Assembly: GCA_018970465.1 (NCBI GenBank)
Contig: JAGWWI010000004.1
Location: 1 to 45,927 of the forward strand
From: Patescibacteria group bacterium
GTDB lineage: Bacteria > Patescibacteriota > Minisyncoccia > Phycocordibacterales > Phycocordibacteraceae
DNA length: 45,927 bases
Direction of reading: 5' to 3'
The position numbers and the translations under genes were made by a program. This document shows positions 8,086 to 17,757 of this stretch, piece after piece. The notes below the pieces were generated by a model. It was not told the origin of the DNA and made no database searches. It saw nothing but the letters and a program-made list of their open reading frames with translations. Positions within the stretch are counted from its first letter, which is position 1, and each line of letters begins with the position of its first letter.

Positions 8086-9134
8086 ATGAAGCGTGGTTTT
8101 TCGTCGGCCTCTTCGCGTTCATCTTCCTCCTCTGGATCGCGATCGGCGGCCCTACCCGCGGCGTCTCCTTCGGGCTCCCGGCGGTGACCGCGACGAGCGT
8201 CTCCGCTACGGCGGAGGGGTCGACGACGGGCTCCTACTTCTCGCTCCCGCAGGCGCCCTTCGCGATCGGGCAGACCGAAATCCACCTGCCGGGGTCTTCG
8301 AGCGGCTCGTCGTACGGCTATAGCTCCGGCAGCGGCTCTGGCTACGGCTACGGCTCGACGAACCCATTGATCACAGTGCCGGGCGTCACCTTCCCCGCGA
8401 CCTCGCCCTACCGCGGCCGCGTCTCGCTCGCGGGCTCGGTCGGGGACGCGAGCTCGAGCGACCCGGGCGAGGAGTACGTCGAGATCTACGCTGCCGACGA
8501 CGGCGGAGCGCCGATCGACATAACGGGCTGGGAGCTCCTCTCGGGCGCGACCTACAAGTACGCGTACATCCCCCAGGGCACCGCGATCCCCGCATCCGGG
8601 ATCGTGAATCCGACAAGCGATATTTACCTCCGGCCGGGCGACACGGCGATCATCACCTCGGGTGAGTCGCCCGTGGGCGGCTCCTTCCGCGAGAACGAGT
8701 GCACGGGCTACTTCGGGAGCACCCAGAGCTTCACCCCCTCCCTCTCGCAGTCGTGCCCCTCTGCCAACACCGAGATGACGACCTACTACGGCAAGCCATA
8801 TATCCACGACCCGGACTGCATCAACTACACGCGCTCCCTGGGCACCTGCCGGATGCCGACCGCTGCGGGCGAGGCGAACCTGAACCTCACCTGCCAGGAC
8901 TTCCTCGACACGTACCTCAACTACTCCGGCTGCCTCGCGGCGCACCAGGGCGACGCGGGCTTCGTCCTCCCCGACTGGCGCATCTACCTCGGCCGGAAGC
9001 CCCTCTCCGAACTCCCCGCCTTCGCGAGCGTGAACGAAACGCGCAAGCAAGGGCCCCTCTGGCGCGCGAGCTACGACGTCGTCGAGCTCCTCGACCGCGA
9101 GGGCCGCATCGTCGACGCGTTCACGTACGACTAG
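8082..9134 (+). CDS. Membrane-anchored Cys-containing extracellular hypothetical protein (lamin-tail-like motifs)
   Basis: ATGA overlap with murE; N-terminal TM; G/S linker; EYVEI...IDITGWEL and terminal LLDREGRIVD motifs; six Cys. Confidence 0.75.
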   Translation: MNEAWFFVGLFAFIFLLWIAIGGPTRGVSFGLPAVTATSVSATAEGSTTGSYFSLPQAPFAIGQTEIHLPGSSSGSSYGYSSGSGSGYGYGSTNPLITVPGVTFPATSPYRGRVSLAGSVGDASSSDPGEEYVEIYAADDGGAPIDITGWELLSGATYKYAYIPQGTAIPASGIVNPTSDIYLRPGDTAIITSGESPVGGSFRENECTGYFGSTQSFTPSLSQSCPSANTEMTTYYGKPYIHDPDCINYTRSLGTCRMPTAAGEANLNLTCQDFLDTYLNYSGCLAAHQGDAGFVLPDWRIYLGRKPLSELPAFASVNETRKQGPLWRASYDVVELLDREGRIVDAFTYD

Positions 9135-9958
9135 TTCTTATAGGAAGCTATCGCCATCCGAAGAAGCTCTCGCTTCTCGAGACTTTTCTTCCATCGACTG
9201 TTTGTACGTTTACCGTTTATACAAACGCCTGGAGAGAAATTTATTTCTATCTCAAAGCGTTCGAGATTCTGTTTTCCGATAATCGCTATTTCATTTGGCT
9301 CCACGATCCGCGCTTCAACCCCAAAGTCCGCTAGGAGTGCCTTTACGATCCTGAGAATAGTAAGATCTTTTTGGTATCCGCGCACGCGTCTACGTTTAGA
9401 CGGCATAAAATCCATGCAGCCTTCGTCATCGAAAAAAGCCCTCAAGAACTCTCGCTTAAGCTTTTTCTGTAGCGTGACAATTTCTCCCAGTAACATACGC
9501 GCACGATCATGCAGATGCTCAGAAAGAGCGACGTTGAAATAGGCGATTCTGCCCACTCCTGTTTTTGTATTCCTGTATCGACTTGGCGCAAATGCATATA
9601 CGCTTTGCATTAGTATTTCTACCCGATTGCGGAGCGCCTCGCTGCGATTATTGTAGGCACATACTCTTCGCATAATTTCGCCGTCGAAGAGCAGGTGTCC
9701 GAGTAGCAGTACATTTTGTGGCGTCCACTTAGTTACAGGAATGAATTCGCGAGCACTTTTTCCTTTTCTCGCGAGTGCAAATTGGCGAATGCGTTGCCCT
9801 GCGGCTCTACGCACCACGGCAAGTTTTTCTGGGGCCAAGGGTAAATCTTGGATATGAAAATATACGGTGGTCTTTGAACGACCCGTGGCTCGCACGATCT
9901 CAGGAAGGGTATGCCCTTGCCGCCGCAAAGCGATGCATCGTTCTTTCAGCATATTCAT
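9131..9958 (-). CDS. Free-standing LAGLIDADG homing-endonuclease-like protein with N-terminal HTH
   Basis: HTH LRRQGHTLPEIVRATGRSKTTVYFH; two LAGLIDADG-type motifs LLGHLLFDG and FLRAFFDDEG; lower GC than flanks. Confidence 0.85.
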   Translation of the reverse strand: MNMLKERCIALRRQGHTLPEIVRATGRSKTTVYFHIQDLPLAPEKLAVVRRAAGQRIRQFALARKGKSAREFIPVTKWTPQNVLLLGHLLFDGEIMRRVCAYNNRSEALRNRVEILMQSVYAFAPSRYRNTKTGVGRIAYFNVALSEHLHDRARMLLGEIVTLQKKLKREFLRAFFDDEGCMDFMPSKRRRVRGYQKDLTILRIVKALLADFGVEARIVEPNEIAIIGKQNLERFEIEINFSPGVCINGKRTNSRWKKSLEKRELLRMAIASYKN

Positions 9959-9959
9959 G

Positions 9960-10032
9960 TCCGCCCCCCGGGGAACGATCCCGGAACCTACCGCTTAAAA
10001 GGCGGTTGCTCTACCGATTGAGCTAGAGGCGG
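9960..10032 (-). tRNA. tRNA-Lys(TTT)
   Basis: Acceptor CCGCCTC/GGGGCGG, D arm GCTC..GAGC, anticodon arm ACCGC-CTTTTAA-GCGGT, T arm CCGGG-ATCGTTC-CCCGG; TATAAT 8 nt upstream. Confidence 0.92.
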
Positions 10033-10153
10033 GTGCCTTTATTATACACGAGCTGTTGGTTCGAATCCAACTGGGCGGACTCGCATCGTCGAGCCTGTTG
10101 CGCTAGTTACCGTATAGAGGCCGTACCTTTCGGTCATATATACGGAGGACAAC

Positions 10154-11164
10154 ATGAAGGTAGTCACTATCGGCGGCGGTACAGGCCAGCACGCGGTCCT
10201 TTCGGCGCTCCGGCTCATTCAGGAGCGGTTCGGGCTCGCAATAACCGCCATTCCGACCGCGATGGACAGCGGCGGCTCGAGCGGCATGCTCCGGATCGAG
10301 CATCGCATCATTTCGCCCGGCGATATCGGGCAGTGCATACTGGCGCTCTCGGAGGACCAGGCGCGCGATGCGTGGCTTCTTGCCGGGCAGCGCTTCGGCG
10401 AGGGACGCGTCAACGGCGATACGCTCCGCAACTATCTCGTCCTCGCCGCCCTGAAGCACCACTGCGGGGATGGCGAGCGCGCGATGCGCGCTATCCGCGA
10501 GACGCTCCACCTCGCGGGGGAGATCGCGCCGGTCACGTTCGACGAGACGCACGTGCACGCGCGACTCGCCGACGGTACCGTTCTCACCCAAGAGCACGAC
10601 ATCTCGACAGCGGACCTCGTCGGCGCGGGCGGTATCGAGGAACTCTGGCTTGACCCGCTGCCGAGGGCGAACCCGAGCGCGCTCCGCGCGATAGCGGAAG
10701 CGGATGCAGTCATCGTCTGCCCAGGCACGCTCGCGTGCTCGGTGATACCCAACTTTCTCGTACCCAGCATCGTCGCAAGACTCCGCGAAGCAGGCGGGCG
10801 CAAGGCATACGTCGTGAACCTCATGAACGAGCGCCGTCGCGTGCCGGCCACATGGTCGGTGCGCGACTACGTCGCCTATCTGGAGCAGTACCTCGGCCCG
10901 CGCTTCTTCGATACGGTCGTCTGCAACACACAGCCGGTCACCGCGGAGCAATCCCGCGTATACGAAGAAGAGCGCGCAGCCGTACCGCTCCTCCACGACA
11001 TGCGCGACGACGGCCGCTCGGTCTACGCCGTCCCGCTCCTCTCTGCCGTTCCGGTCGTCACTGATCCGAACGACGCGATCGGCTCCCTGCGCGCCTCCGT
11101 CCGCCACGACCCAGCCAAGCTCGCGCATGTATTGTCGCAAGTCCTGGCGGGAGACCCGGCGTGA
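10154..11164 (+). CDS. YvcK/GlmR (CofD-like) family protein
   Basis: KVVTIGGGTG, DSGGSSGMLR, PGD, ADAVIVCPGTLACSVIPN, RHDPAKLA; GGAGG SD upstream. Confidence 0.9.
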   Translation: MKVVTIGGGTGQHAVLSALRLIQERFGLAITAIPTAMDSGGSSGMLRIEHRIISPGDIGQCILALSEDQARDAWLLAGQRFGEGRVNGDTLRNYLVLAALKHHCGDGERAMRAIRETLHLAGEIAPVTFDETHVHARLADGTVLTQEHDISTADLVGAGGIEELWLDPLPRANPSALRAIAEADAVIVCPGTLACSVIPNFLVPSIVARLREAGGRKAYVVNLMNERRRVPATWSVRDYVAYLEQYLGPRFFDTVVCNTQPVTAEQSRVYEEERAAVPLLHDMRDDGRSVYAVPLLSAVPVVTDPNDAIGSLRASVRHDPAKLAHVLSQVLAGDPA

Positions 11165-11670
11165 TGGCTCCCCTCTTCTCCGATCGGCTCTTCATCGTCG
11201 ACCTCGACGATACGCTCGCCAACACGACGCGCGACATGCGGGGGTCATGGGAGAACCTCCCGCAGCTCACGCTCGCGCCGGGAGCGCATCAGTTCGTCCG
11301 GCGGTATGGAGAACGCACGGTGCTACTAACTGCGGGAAACGAGGAGGTTCAGTTACGCAAGATCGCGCATCTCGGCCTCAAGGGAATACTGCGATTAGAG
11401 ATCGTCGTTCCCGAACCCGAGTTGAAGCAGGCGGCGCTTGAATCTCTTCTCGCAAGCTGTGCGCTTCCGCCGAGTCGTTTCGTCATCATCGGCGACCGAC
11501 TCGACAAGGAAATCGCCGCAGGCAATCGCCTCGGTTTCGTCACGGTACGAATGCGTCTACCACACGGGCGATGGGGTGCGTACGAACCCGCCTCCGAGGA
11601 GGAGCGGCCGCATGCGACTATCGAGACTTTCGACGAGCTCGAGGGAGCGCTCCTATCTCTGCCGTACTAA
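11161..11670 (+). CDS. HAD-superfamily hydrolase
   Basis: Motif I DLDDTL, LLTAG, K, motif IV IGDRLDKEI; GTGA overlap with the upstream gene. Confidence 0.88.
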   Translation: MMAPLFSDRLFIVDLDDTLANTTRDMRGSWENLPQLTLAPGAHQFVRRYGERTVLLTAGNEEVQLRKIAHLGLKGILRLEIVVPEPELKQAALESLLASCALPPSRFVIIGDRLDKEIAAGNRLGFVTVRMRLPHGRWGAYEPASEEERPHATIETFDELEGALLSLPY

Positions 11671-11672
11671 CT

Positions 11673-11705
11673 CGCCGCTGCGCCCTGCGCGGCGGCGTCT
11701 CTTTT
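11673..11705 (+). terminator. Intrinsic terminator
   Basis: CGCCGCTGCGC-CCT-GCGCGGCGGCG stem followed by TCTCTTTT, between convergent genes. Confidence 0.7.
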
Positions 11706-13155
11706 ATTTCGCCAGGTCGAGCACGTCGTCGATGCGGATCTCCCGGACGAACTCCGGCGCATGCGACACGAGGATCATCGCGCCTGCGTAGTCGCTCAAG
11801 GCCTTCGCGATCACCGGCAGATGGCGGAAGTTGATGTGGTTCGTCGGCTCGTCGAGGATGAGGAGCCCGGGGCGCGCAAGGACGAGCGAGGCGAACGCGA
11901 CGAGCCCCTTCTGCCCTTCTGAGAGATCGCCGATCTGCGTGCGGATCGTATCCGCGCCTATCAGGAAGCCCGCGGCCGTGGCGCGCATCTTCTCCTCGTC
12001 TCGCTCTTCCATCACCGCGAGGAGCGCGTCGTACACGGTCTTCGCGAAGTCGAGCGTCGAGAAGTCCTGGCGGTAGTAGCCCACCCGGACGCCCGGCGCA
12101 ATAGTCGCACCCCGAGCGGAGCCTCCTGCAATCGCTTCGAGCAGGGTGCTCTTGCCTATCCCGTTCGGGCCCGCCACGAGGAGGTGGCCGCCCTTGCGGA
12201 GCGCGACGTTCGCCCGCTTCTCGACCGGCTTGCCGGCTTTGAGGACGGCGTAGCCCGTGAGCTCGAGCACGACCGACCGCAGGCCCGGCTGCGCGGGGAT
12301 CGCGAAGGGGCGGATGGTCTTGTCCTCTTTGCGGACATCCACCTTCGCCTCCTCCATCTCCTCGGCCTCAGCGCGCATCTTCTTGGCGACGAGCCGCATC
12401 TTGCCGCCCTTGTGCGCGAAGAAGTTCGCCTTGTCTTTGTTCTCCTGGATCTTCTTCGCGAGGAGCGCGTTCTTGCGATTCTCCCGCTCGATCCGCGCCG
12501 CGACAGCTTCTTGGACGTCGGCATAGGTGCCCGCATACTGCTCGACCCGTCGCGTGGCGGCGTCGAGGTAGAGCACGCCGGTCGTGAACGCGTTCAAGAA
12601 CGCCGCGTCGTGCGAGATGACGGCCACGGTTCCCCGATACTCGACCAGGAAGCGCGTGAGATGCTCGATCCCTGCCTGATCGAGGTTATTCGTCGGCTCG
12701 TCCAAGAGGAGAAGCTCCGGATCCTGGATGAGCGCCGACGCGAGGAGGAGCCGCGCCTGCTGGCCGCCCGAGAAGCTCTGCACGAGCCGGTCGTGATCCG
12801 CCGCGAGATTCACGACCTCGAGAACGGCGTCGATCCGCGGGTCGATGTCATAGACCGGCCGCGCGAACTGTTTCTCGAAGAACGCGCGCACCGTGAGCGT
12901 GAGCTCGGCGCGCGGGATCACCTGCCGCGCCGTCGCGATGGTGAGCCCGGCAGCCCGGTGCACGGCGCCGCTCTCAGGCGAGCGAACGCCGGCCGCGAGC
13001 GCGAACAAGGTCGACTTGCCGGCGCCGTTCTGGCCCATCACCGCGAGCTTCGCGCCGCGCCGGATGGTGAAGTCCACCTCGTCGAGGATCGGCTTGTCGT
13101 CGCTGTAGCCGAACGAAACGCGCTCGAATCGCACCACACTCTCTTCTCTTGCCAT
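11704..13155 (-). CDS. ABC-F family ATPase
   Basis: Two NBDs (GQNGAGKST/FSGGQ/LLLLDEPTNNLD and GPNGIGKST/LSEGQ/LLILDEPTNH), charged linker, no TM segments. Confidence 0.92.
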   Translation of the reverse strand: MAREESVVRFERVSFGYSDDKPILDEVDFTIRRGAKLAVMGQNGAGKSTLFALAAGVRSPESGAVHRAAGLTIATARQVIPRAELTLTVRAFFEKQFARPVYDIDPRIDAVLEVVNLAADHDRLVQSFSGGQQARLLLASALIQDPELLLLDEPTNNLDQAGIEHLTRFLVEYRGTVAVISHDAAFLNAFTTGVLYLDAATRRVEQYAGTYADVQEAVAARIERENRKNALLAKKIQENKDKANFFAHKGGKMRLVAKKMRAEAEEMEEAKVDVRKEDKTIRPFAIPAQPGLRSVVLELTGYAVLKAGKPVEKRANVALRKGGHLLVAGPNGIGKSTLLEAIAGGSARGATIAPGVRVGYYRQDFSTLDFAKTVYDALLAVMEERDEEKMRATAAGFLIGADTIRTQIGDLSEGQKGLVAFASLVLARPGLLILDEPTNHINFRHLPVIAKALSDYAGAMILVSHAPEFVREIRIDDVLDLAK

Positions 13156-13202
13156 CTCGGCACCCTAGCGCACTTCTTGAGAAAACGAAAAAGCGCTGGC
13201 GC

Positions 13203-13904
13203 TCAGATCGCAAGCGCGAAACGCTCGAGCGCGAGCGCGAGGTCGAAGCCCTTGGCTCGCGCGTCCATGAGGAGTGCGATGAGGTCCGCGGAGAGCGTAC
13301 GCGCTTCGGCCGGCTTCCATTTCGCGCTCCCCTTCTCGAGGATGTCGCGCGCCTTCCAGTGGAGGAGGCCGTGGAGCTGCTCGGGCGCGTCGCCCTGCCC
13401 TAAGGCGCGCACGACCTCGAGCCAGAGCCGCTCGGGCGAGCGGGAGGCGAGCGCGTTCACGAGCGCGCTATTGAATCCGCGCTCCGCGCGCTTCGCGGCG
13501 AGGTCGAAGGCGTAGGCCTGCTTGGCTTTCGCGATGATCTTCTTCGCCTTCGCGCTCGCGAGCTTGGGCGCGAGGATCACGATCGCGTTGTCGGACGCCG
13601 CGAGGCGATCGAGCGCGTCCTCGACCAGGCTCCCGCTCGTGGGCGTTTCGCTCACGTCCGTTTCTGCCTCGCCCTCTCCCGCGCTCGCACGCGCCACAGG
13701 GAACGGATCGTCGAGAAGGATAAGGAGGCGCGAAACGAAGAGCCCGCCCGCATTCGCCGCATCGTCGAGAAGGCCGACGGAGAGCTCTTCGCGGGCGAGG
13801 CGCGCGTAGGAGAGCGCGGGATTTTTCGCGCGCGCCTTCGCCACCCACTCGAACGCCTTCGCGCGGACGCGTTCGGTATCCGAGCCGTGGAACAGGTAGA
13901 TCAT
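13203..13904 (-). CDS. holA: DNA polymerase III delta subunit-like (short)
   Basis: MIYLFHGSD, GGLFVSRLLILLD, terminal LALERFAL; directly downstream of polA. Confidence 0.7.
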   Translation of the reverse strand: MIYLFHGSDTERVRAKAFEWVAKARAKNPALSYARLAREELSVGLLDDAANAGGLFVSRLLILLDDPFPVARASAGEGEAETDVSETPTSGSLVEDALDRLAASDNAIVILAPKLASAKAKKIIAKAKQAYAFDLAAKRAERGFNSALVNALASRSPERLWLEVVRALGQGDAPEQLHGLLHWKARDILEKGSAKWKPAEARTLSADLIALLMDARAKGFDLALALERFALAI

Positions 13905-13906
13905 GC

Positions 13907-16318
13907 CTATTCGAGCGAGCCCCAGTCGGGCCCGGCCTTCATCGTCGCTTCGATCGGAACGCCGTGCGTGTCGTGGCCGTCGAGAACCGACTCCATCACC
14001 CGCTTGATCCGCGCGGAGAGCTCGTCGACGCGCGTCGAGCGGATCTCGTAGACGAGTTCGTCGTGCACCGAGAGGACGAGGTGCGCGTCCTCTGCGGCGC
14101 CTGCGCGTTCGAGCATCGCGTCGCCCGCGACCATCGCGAGCTTGATGATGTCGCCCTCGGTGCCCTGGATGGGCGCGTTGATCGCCATGCGCTCCGCCTG
14201 CGCGCGGACGTAGGGCAAAGGCGACTTCATCTCCGGGAACTGGCGGCGGCGGCCGAACAAGGTCTCGGTGTAACCGTACTTGCGCGCGAACCCTTTCGTC
14301 TCTTCAAGGTATTCGGCGAGGCGCGTGAAGGTGCGGAAATAGTCGTCGAGAAACGTATGCGCCTCCGCGGTCGTCGAGCCGAGTTGCTGCCGAAGCGCGT
14401 TGACGCCCATGCCGTAAAGGATGCCGAAGTTGATCACCTTGGCCCGTCGGCGCATCTCGCGGTCGACCGCCTCCGGCGCGACCGAGAACACCATCGCCGC
14501 GACCTCGCGGTGGACGTCCCGGCCCGCGCGGAAGATGTCGCAGAGCTTCTCGTCGCCCGAGAGGATCGCCGCGAGCCGGAGCTCGATCTGCGAGTAGTCG
14601 AGCGCGACGAGCGCGAAGCCAGGCGGAGCGACGAACGCGTGACGGATCGCCTGCCCGCGCGCCGAGTGGAGCGGGATGTTCTGGAGGTTCGGCGAGGCCG
14701 AGGCGAGGCGGCCCGTCGAGGTGCCCGTCTGGATGAATTCCGCGTGGAGGCGATGCTCGCTGTCGAGGAGGGGTGGGAGGTTCTCGATGTAGGTCGAGAG
14801 GAGCTTCTTCAGTTCGCGATACTCGAGGATGTCGCCGACGATCGGGTGGAGCTCGCGGATCTTCTCGAGCTCGCTCTCGCGGGTAGAGCGTTGGCCGCCC
14901 GCCGTCCGCTTCTGCCGGTCGGGGACGAGGCCGAGCTCGTCGAAGAGGACAACGCCCATCTGCTTCGGCGACGAGATGTTGAACGGGTGGCCGGCTGCCT
15001 TGAATATCGCCTCTTCGATCTTCGCGAGCTCGCGCGCATATTCGTGCGCGAGCCGCGCGAGTATCGCCGGGTCGACGAGCACGCCGCGCGCCTCCATCCG
15101 CGCGATGACCGGCACCAGGGGCTTCTCGATCGCTTCGTACACCTCGCGCACGCGGCCGAGCTTCGCGATCTCCGCCTCGAGCGCAGCGTAGGCAGCGTCG
15201 AACTCGCTCTGCTTCGTGAAGGCGAGGATGTCGTCGAGGGACGGGTTCGTGAAGTCGGAGGAGATGAGCCAGAGCATCGCCTTCGCTTCGGCGAGGCGCT
15301 CCGGAGCGATTGCCGGGCGCTTGGCGACGGCGCGCTCATCCGCTTCGTCTTCGCTCGCTGATTCGCCAGGCTCCTCTCCTGCGGCGGCGCCGAGCGCCTT
15401 CTTGGCCCGGTCCCGGAGCGAGCGGAATCCCATCGAGTCGAGAAGCGCGAGGATCGCCACCAGGTCGGCGTGCTCCTGCCACGGCGTCGCGGGAATAGCG
15501 AACGCGATCGGCGCGTCGGTGCGGATGGTCGCGAGCGCTTTGGAGAAGCGCGCGTCCTCTTCGTGATCGAGCACCAATTGTGCGTACCGCTTCTGGATTC
15601 CCGCCTTCGCCGCGACGGCTTCGACGCCACCCTTCTTCTTCAAGGCGGCAAGCAGCTTCTCGAGGGCGCCGTAGCTCGCGACGAGCTTCAGCGCGCTCCC
15701 CTCGCCTACGCCGGGCACGCCTTTGATGTTGTCGGAGGGGTCGCCCATGATGCTCTTCAAGTCCGGGATGAGCGCGGGGCCGAAGCCGAAGCGCTCCTCA
15801 ACCTTCTCCTCGTCGTAGAGGATGGTGTCGTTCAAGCCCTTCTTCAAGGTGTAGACGCGTACGCGGTCGTCGTCGACGAGCTGCAAGGTGTCCATATCGC
15901 CCGAGGCGATCACGACGTCGACCTTCCCTTTCGTCTCCCTGGCGATCGTGCCGAGGAGGTCGTCGGCCTCGAAGCCGGGCTTCTCGTACACGGGAATGGA
16001 GAACGCTTTGAAGACCTCGCGCGAGCGCTCGATCTGCTCGGCGAGCGCGTCGTCGAGCGCGGCGCGTGTGCCCTTGTATGCCTCGTACGCCTCGTGGCGG
16101 ACGGTGGGGACCGGGAGGTCGTAGCAGGCGGCGATGTAATCGGGCTCGAGGTCGTTCACCATCTTGATAAGCATCGCGACAAGGCCGTAGAGCGCGCCCG
16201 TCGGCCGACCGTCGGGGCCCGTAAACTCGGGCAGGGCGTGATACGCGCGATGGATGATCGCGTGCGTGTCGAGCAATACGAGCCGCTTGCGGCGCTTCGA
16301 GGTGAGTTGTCTAGCCAT
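13907..16318 (-). CDS. polA: DNA polymerase I (5'-3' exonuclease plus polymerase; proofreading domain largely absent)
   Basis: LLDTHAIIHRAYHA, EADD, SGDMD, GDPSDNIKGVPGVGE; TGRLAS..PNLQNIP, DYSQIELR, AKVINFGILYG, VHDEL. Confidence 0.97.
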   Translation of the reverse strand: MARQLTSKRRKRLVLLDTHAIIHRAYHALPEFTGPDGRPTGALYGLVAMLIKMVNDLEPDYIAACYDLPVPTVRHEAYEAYKGTRAALDDALAEQIERSREVFKAFSIPVYEKPGFEADDLLGTIARETKGKVDVVIASGDMDTLQLVDDDRVRVYTLKKGLNDTILYDEEKVEERFGFGPALIPDLKSIMGDPSDNIKGVPGVGEGSALKLVASYGALEKLLAALKKKGGVEAVAAKAGIQKRYAQLVLDHEEDARFSKALATIRTDAPIAFAIPATPWQEHADLVAILALLDSMGFRSLRDRAKKALGAAAGEEPGESASEDEADERAVAKRPAIAPERLAEAKAMLWLISSDFTNPSLDDILAFTKQSEFDAAYAALEAEIAKLGRVREVYEAIEKPLVPVIARMEARGVLVDPAILARLAHEYARELAKIEEAIFKAAGHPFNISSPKQMGVVLFDELGLVPDRQKRTAGGQRSTRESELEKIRELHPIVGDILEYRELKKLLSTYIENLPPLLDSEHRLHAEFIQTGTSTGRLASASPNLQNIPLHSARGQAIRHAFVAPPGFALVALDYSQIELRLAAILSGDEKLCDIFRAGRDVHREVAAMVFSVAPEAVDREMRRRAKVINFGILYGMGVNALRQQLGSTTAEAHTFLDDYFRTFTRLAEYLEETKGFARKYGYTETLFGRRRQFPEMKSPLPYVRAQAERMAINAPIQGTEGDIIKLAMVAGDAMLERAGAAEDAHLVLSVHDELVYEIRSTRVDELSARIKRVMESVLDGHDTHGVPIEATMKAGPDWGSLE

Positions 16319-16760
16319 ACGCGATCGTGCGCGAGCCGTCGGCCTGGAGCTCGAGGCGGACGCGCTCCGCGACGCGCGGGTCCGCGTCGAGCCCGACCTG
16401 CTCGGGCCATTCGAGGAGGATGAGGTTGCCGGCGTCCCGCATGAGCTCGTCGAAGCCGAGTGGTGCGAGCTCGGCCGCGCCCGCGAGACGGTACGCATCG
16501 ATATGCACCAGCCGGTCGAACCCGCGCTCGATGTCGCACACGGGAAGCGCGTAGATCTTCTCGAGGACGAACGTCGGGCTCGTGACCGCCTCGCCTACTC
16601 CGAGCGCCTTCGCGACCGCCCCGGCGAACGCGGTCTTCCCCGCCCCCAATTCCCCCGAGAGGGTGACGAGAGTCGCGCTGCGCTCTTTCGGCTTCACGGC
16701 GAGCGCGAATCGCTTCGCTTCTGCTGCGAGCTCCTCGAGGGTCCGGATGGTAGCGGTCAT
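16311..16760 (-). CDS. tsaE: t6A biosynthesis ATPase TsaE
   Basis: LSGELGAGKT, VTSPTF, HIDAYRL, LEWPE. Confidence 0.95.
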   Translation of the reverse strand: MTATIRTLEELAAEAKRFALAVKPKERSATLVTLSGELGAGKTAFAGAVAKALGVGEAVTSPTFVLEKIYALPVCDIERGFDRLVHIDAYRLAGAAELAPLGFDELMRDAGNLILLEWPEQVGLDADPRVAERVRLELQADGSRTIAYG

Positions 16761-16809
16761 GCCCCGATTGTACGCCCTCTCTCGAGGCACGCGAAGCGCG
16801 CCCGCACAG

Positions 16810-17694
16810 CTAGTCGAAGATGTTCGCGAGATACGAGTCGATATAGCGCTGGTCGAGATCGTAGAAATACTGGTGGCTGTTGTGGAGATACGTCGCGAGC
16901 TGGATACCAACGAAGCGCCAGTGCCACGGCTCGAAGATGTAGTAGGTGTTGCCGGGCGGATACGAGAGCGTGAAGCCGTACTTGTACGCGTTGTCGGTGA
17001 GCCACTGGTACGCGCTCGTCTTGGCGAAGTCGCCCGTAAGCTCGCCGCCCATACCGGTCGTCTCGAGGTCGACGGCCGTGCCGAGCTGGTGCTCGGAGTA
17101 GCCCTGGTCGGCGGAGAAGGAGCCAGCGGTCCCGGCGCCGAAGGTCACGACGTAGTCCTTCTTGAGCGCGACCTGGGTGTCGAAGGAGCGATACGCGCTG
17201 TAAGCGTAGAGCGCGACGCCGGTCGAAGACGCTGCGGAGAGCATCGCTTCGAGGTGCGGCAGGACCTGCGGGAGGATCTGGAGAGTCTTGCCCGAGAAGT
17301 AGTCGTACTGATCGGGGATCGTCGTGAGCGAGGCGGGCACGTAGTTCTCGTTCAAGAAATAGACTTTGGAATATTTCGCGAGGAGCTCTGGGTCGAGCGA
17401 TTGGAGCTTGGCGAGCATCGCGACCTGGCTCGAGACGCCGGCGACGTTCACCTTCTCGGATGAGAGCGTTGCGGAGATCGCGTCGGTCTGCGCAGTGTTC
17501 GCTGCGAGCGCGATCGTGGTCGAGGCGAGGTCAGCGTCGAGCCGAGCGACCTGCGCCGAGAGACGCGCGAGCTCGTGGTGGCCGTACCACGCGCCGAGGA
17601 CGCTCAGCGTTGCGAGGAGCGCGAGCGCCGCCGCAAGCGCGCGTACCGGGTGCGTATCCGAGAATAGTCGCTTCGCCCGGCTGCCGATCGTCAT
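16810..17694 (-). CDS. M15B family D-Ala-D-Ala/LD-carboxypeptidase (VanY/LdcB-like), membrane anchored
   Basis: SAYRS, YSEHQLGTAVD (SxHxxGxAxD), EPWHWRFVG; N-terminal TM and coiled coil. Confidence 0.92.
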   Translation of the reverse strand: MTIGSRAKRLFSDTHPVRALAAALALLATLSVLGAWYGHHELARLSAQVARLDADLASTTIALAANTAQTDAISATLSSEKVNVAGVSSQVAMLAKLQSLDPELLAKYSKVYFLNENYVPASLTTIPDQYDYFSGKTLQILPQVLPHLEAMLSAASSTGVALYAYSAYRSFDTQVALKKDYVVTFGAGTAGSFSADQGYSEHQLGTAVDLETTGMGGELTGDFAKTSAYQWLTDNAYKYGFTLSYPPGNTYYIFEPWHWRFVGIQLATYLHNSHQYFYDLDQRYIDSYLANIFD

Positions 17695-17720
17695 GCGCCG
17701 CATTGTACCGCATACGAACG

Positions 17721-17752
17721 CGCGCCCGGTTCTCTCTCGAGAATCGGGCGCG
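17721..17752 (-). terminator. Hairpin downstream of the lipoprotein gene
   Basis: CGCGCCCGGTTCTC-TCTC-GAGAATCGGGCGCG, 14-bp stem with one non-Watson-Crick position. Confidence 0.55.
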
Positions 17753-17757
17753 TAGGT

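Noticed and set aside
9131-9958. whiA, given LAGLIDADG plus HTH near yvcK
   Set aside because: WhiA has a C-terminal HTH and is co-oriented with yvcK; here the HTH is N-terminal, the gene is divergent, low GC and separated by a tRNA.
16810-17694. Vancomycin resistance gene vanY
   Set aside because: No van cluster nearby; housekeeping M15B peptidase context upstream of tsaE and polA.
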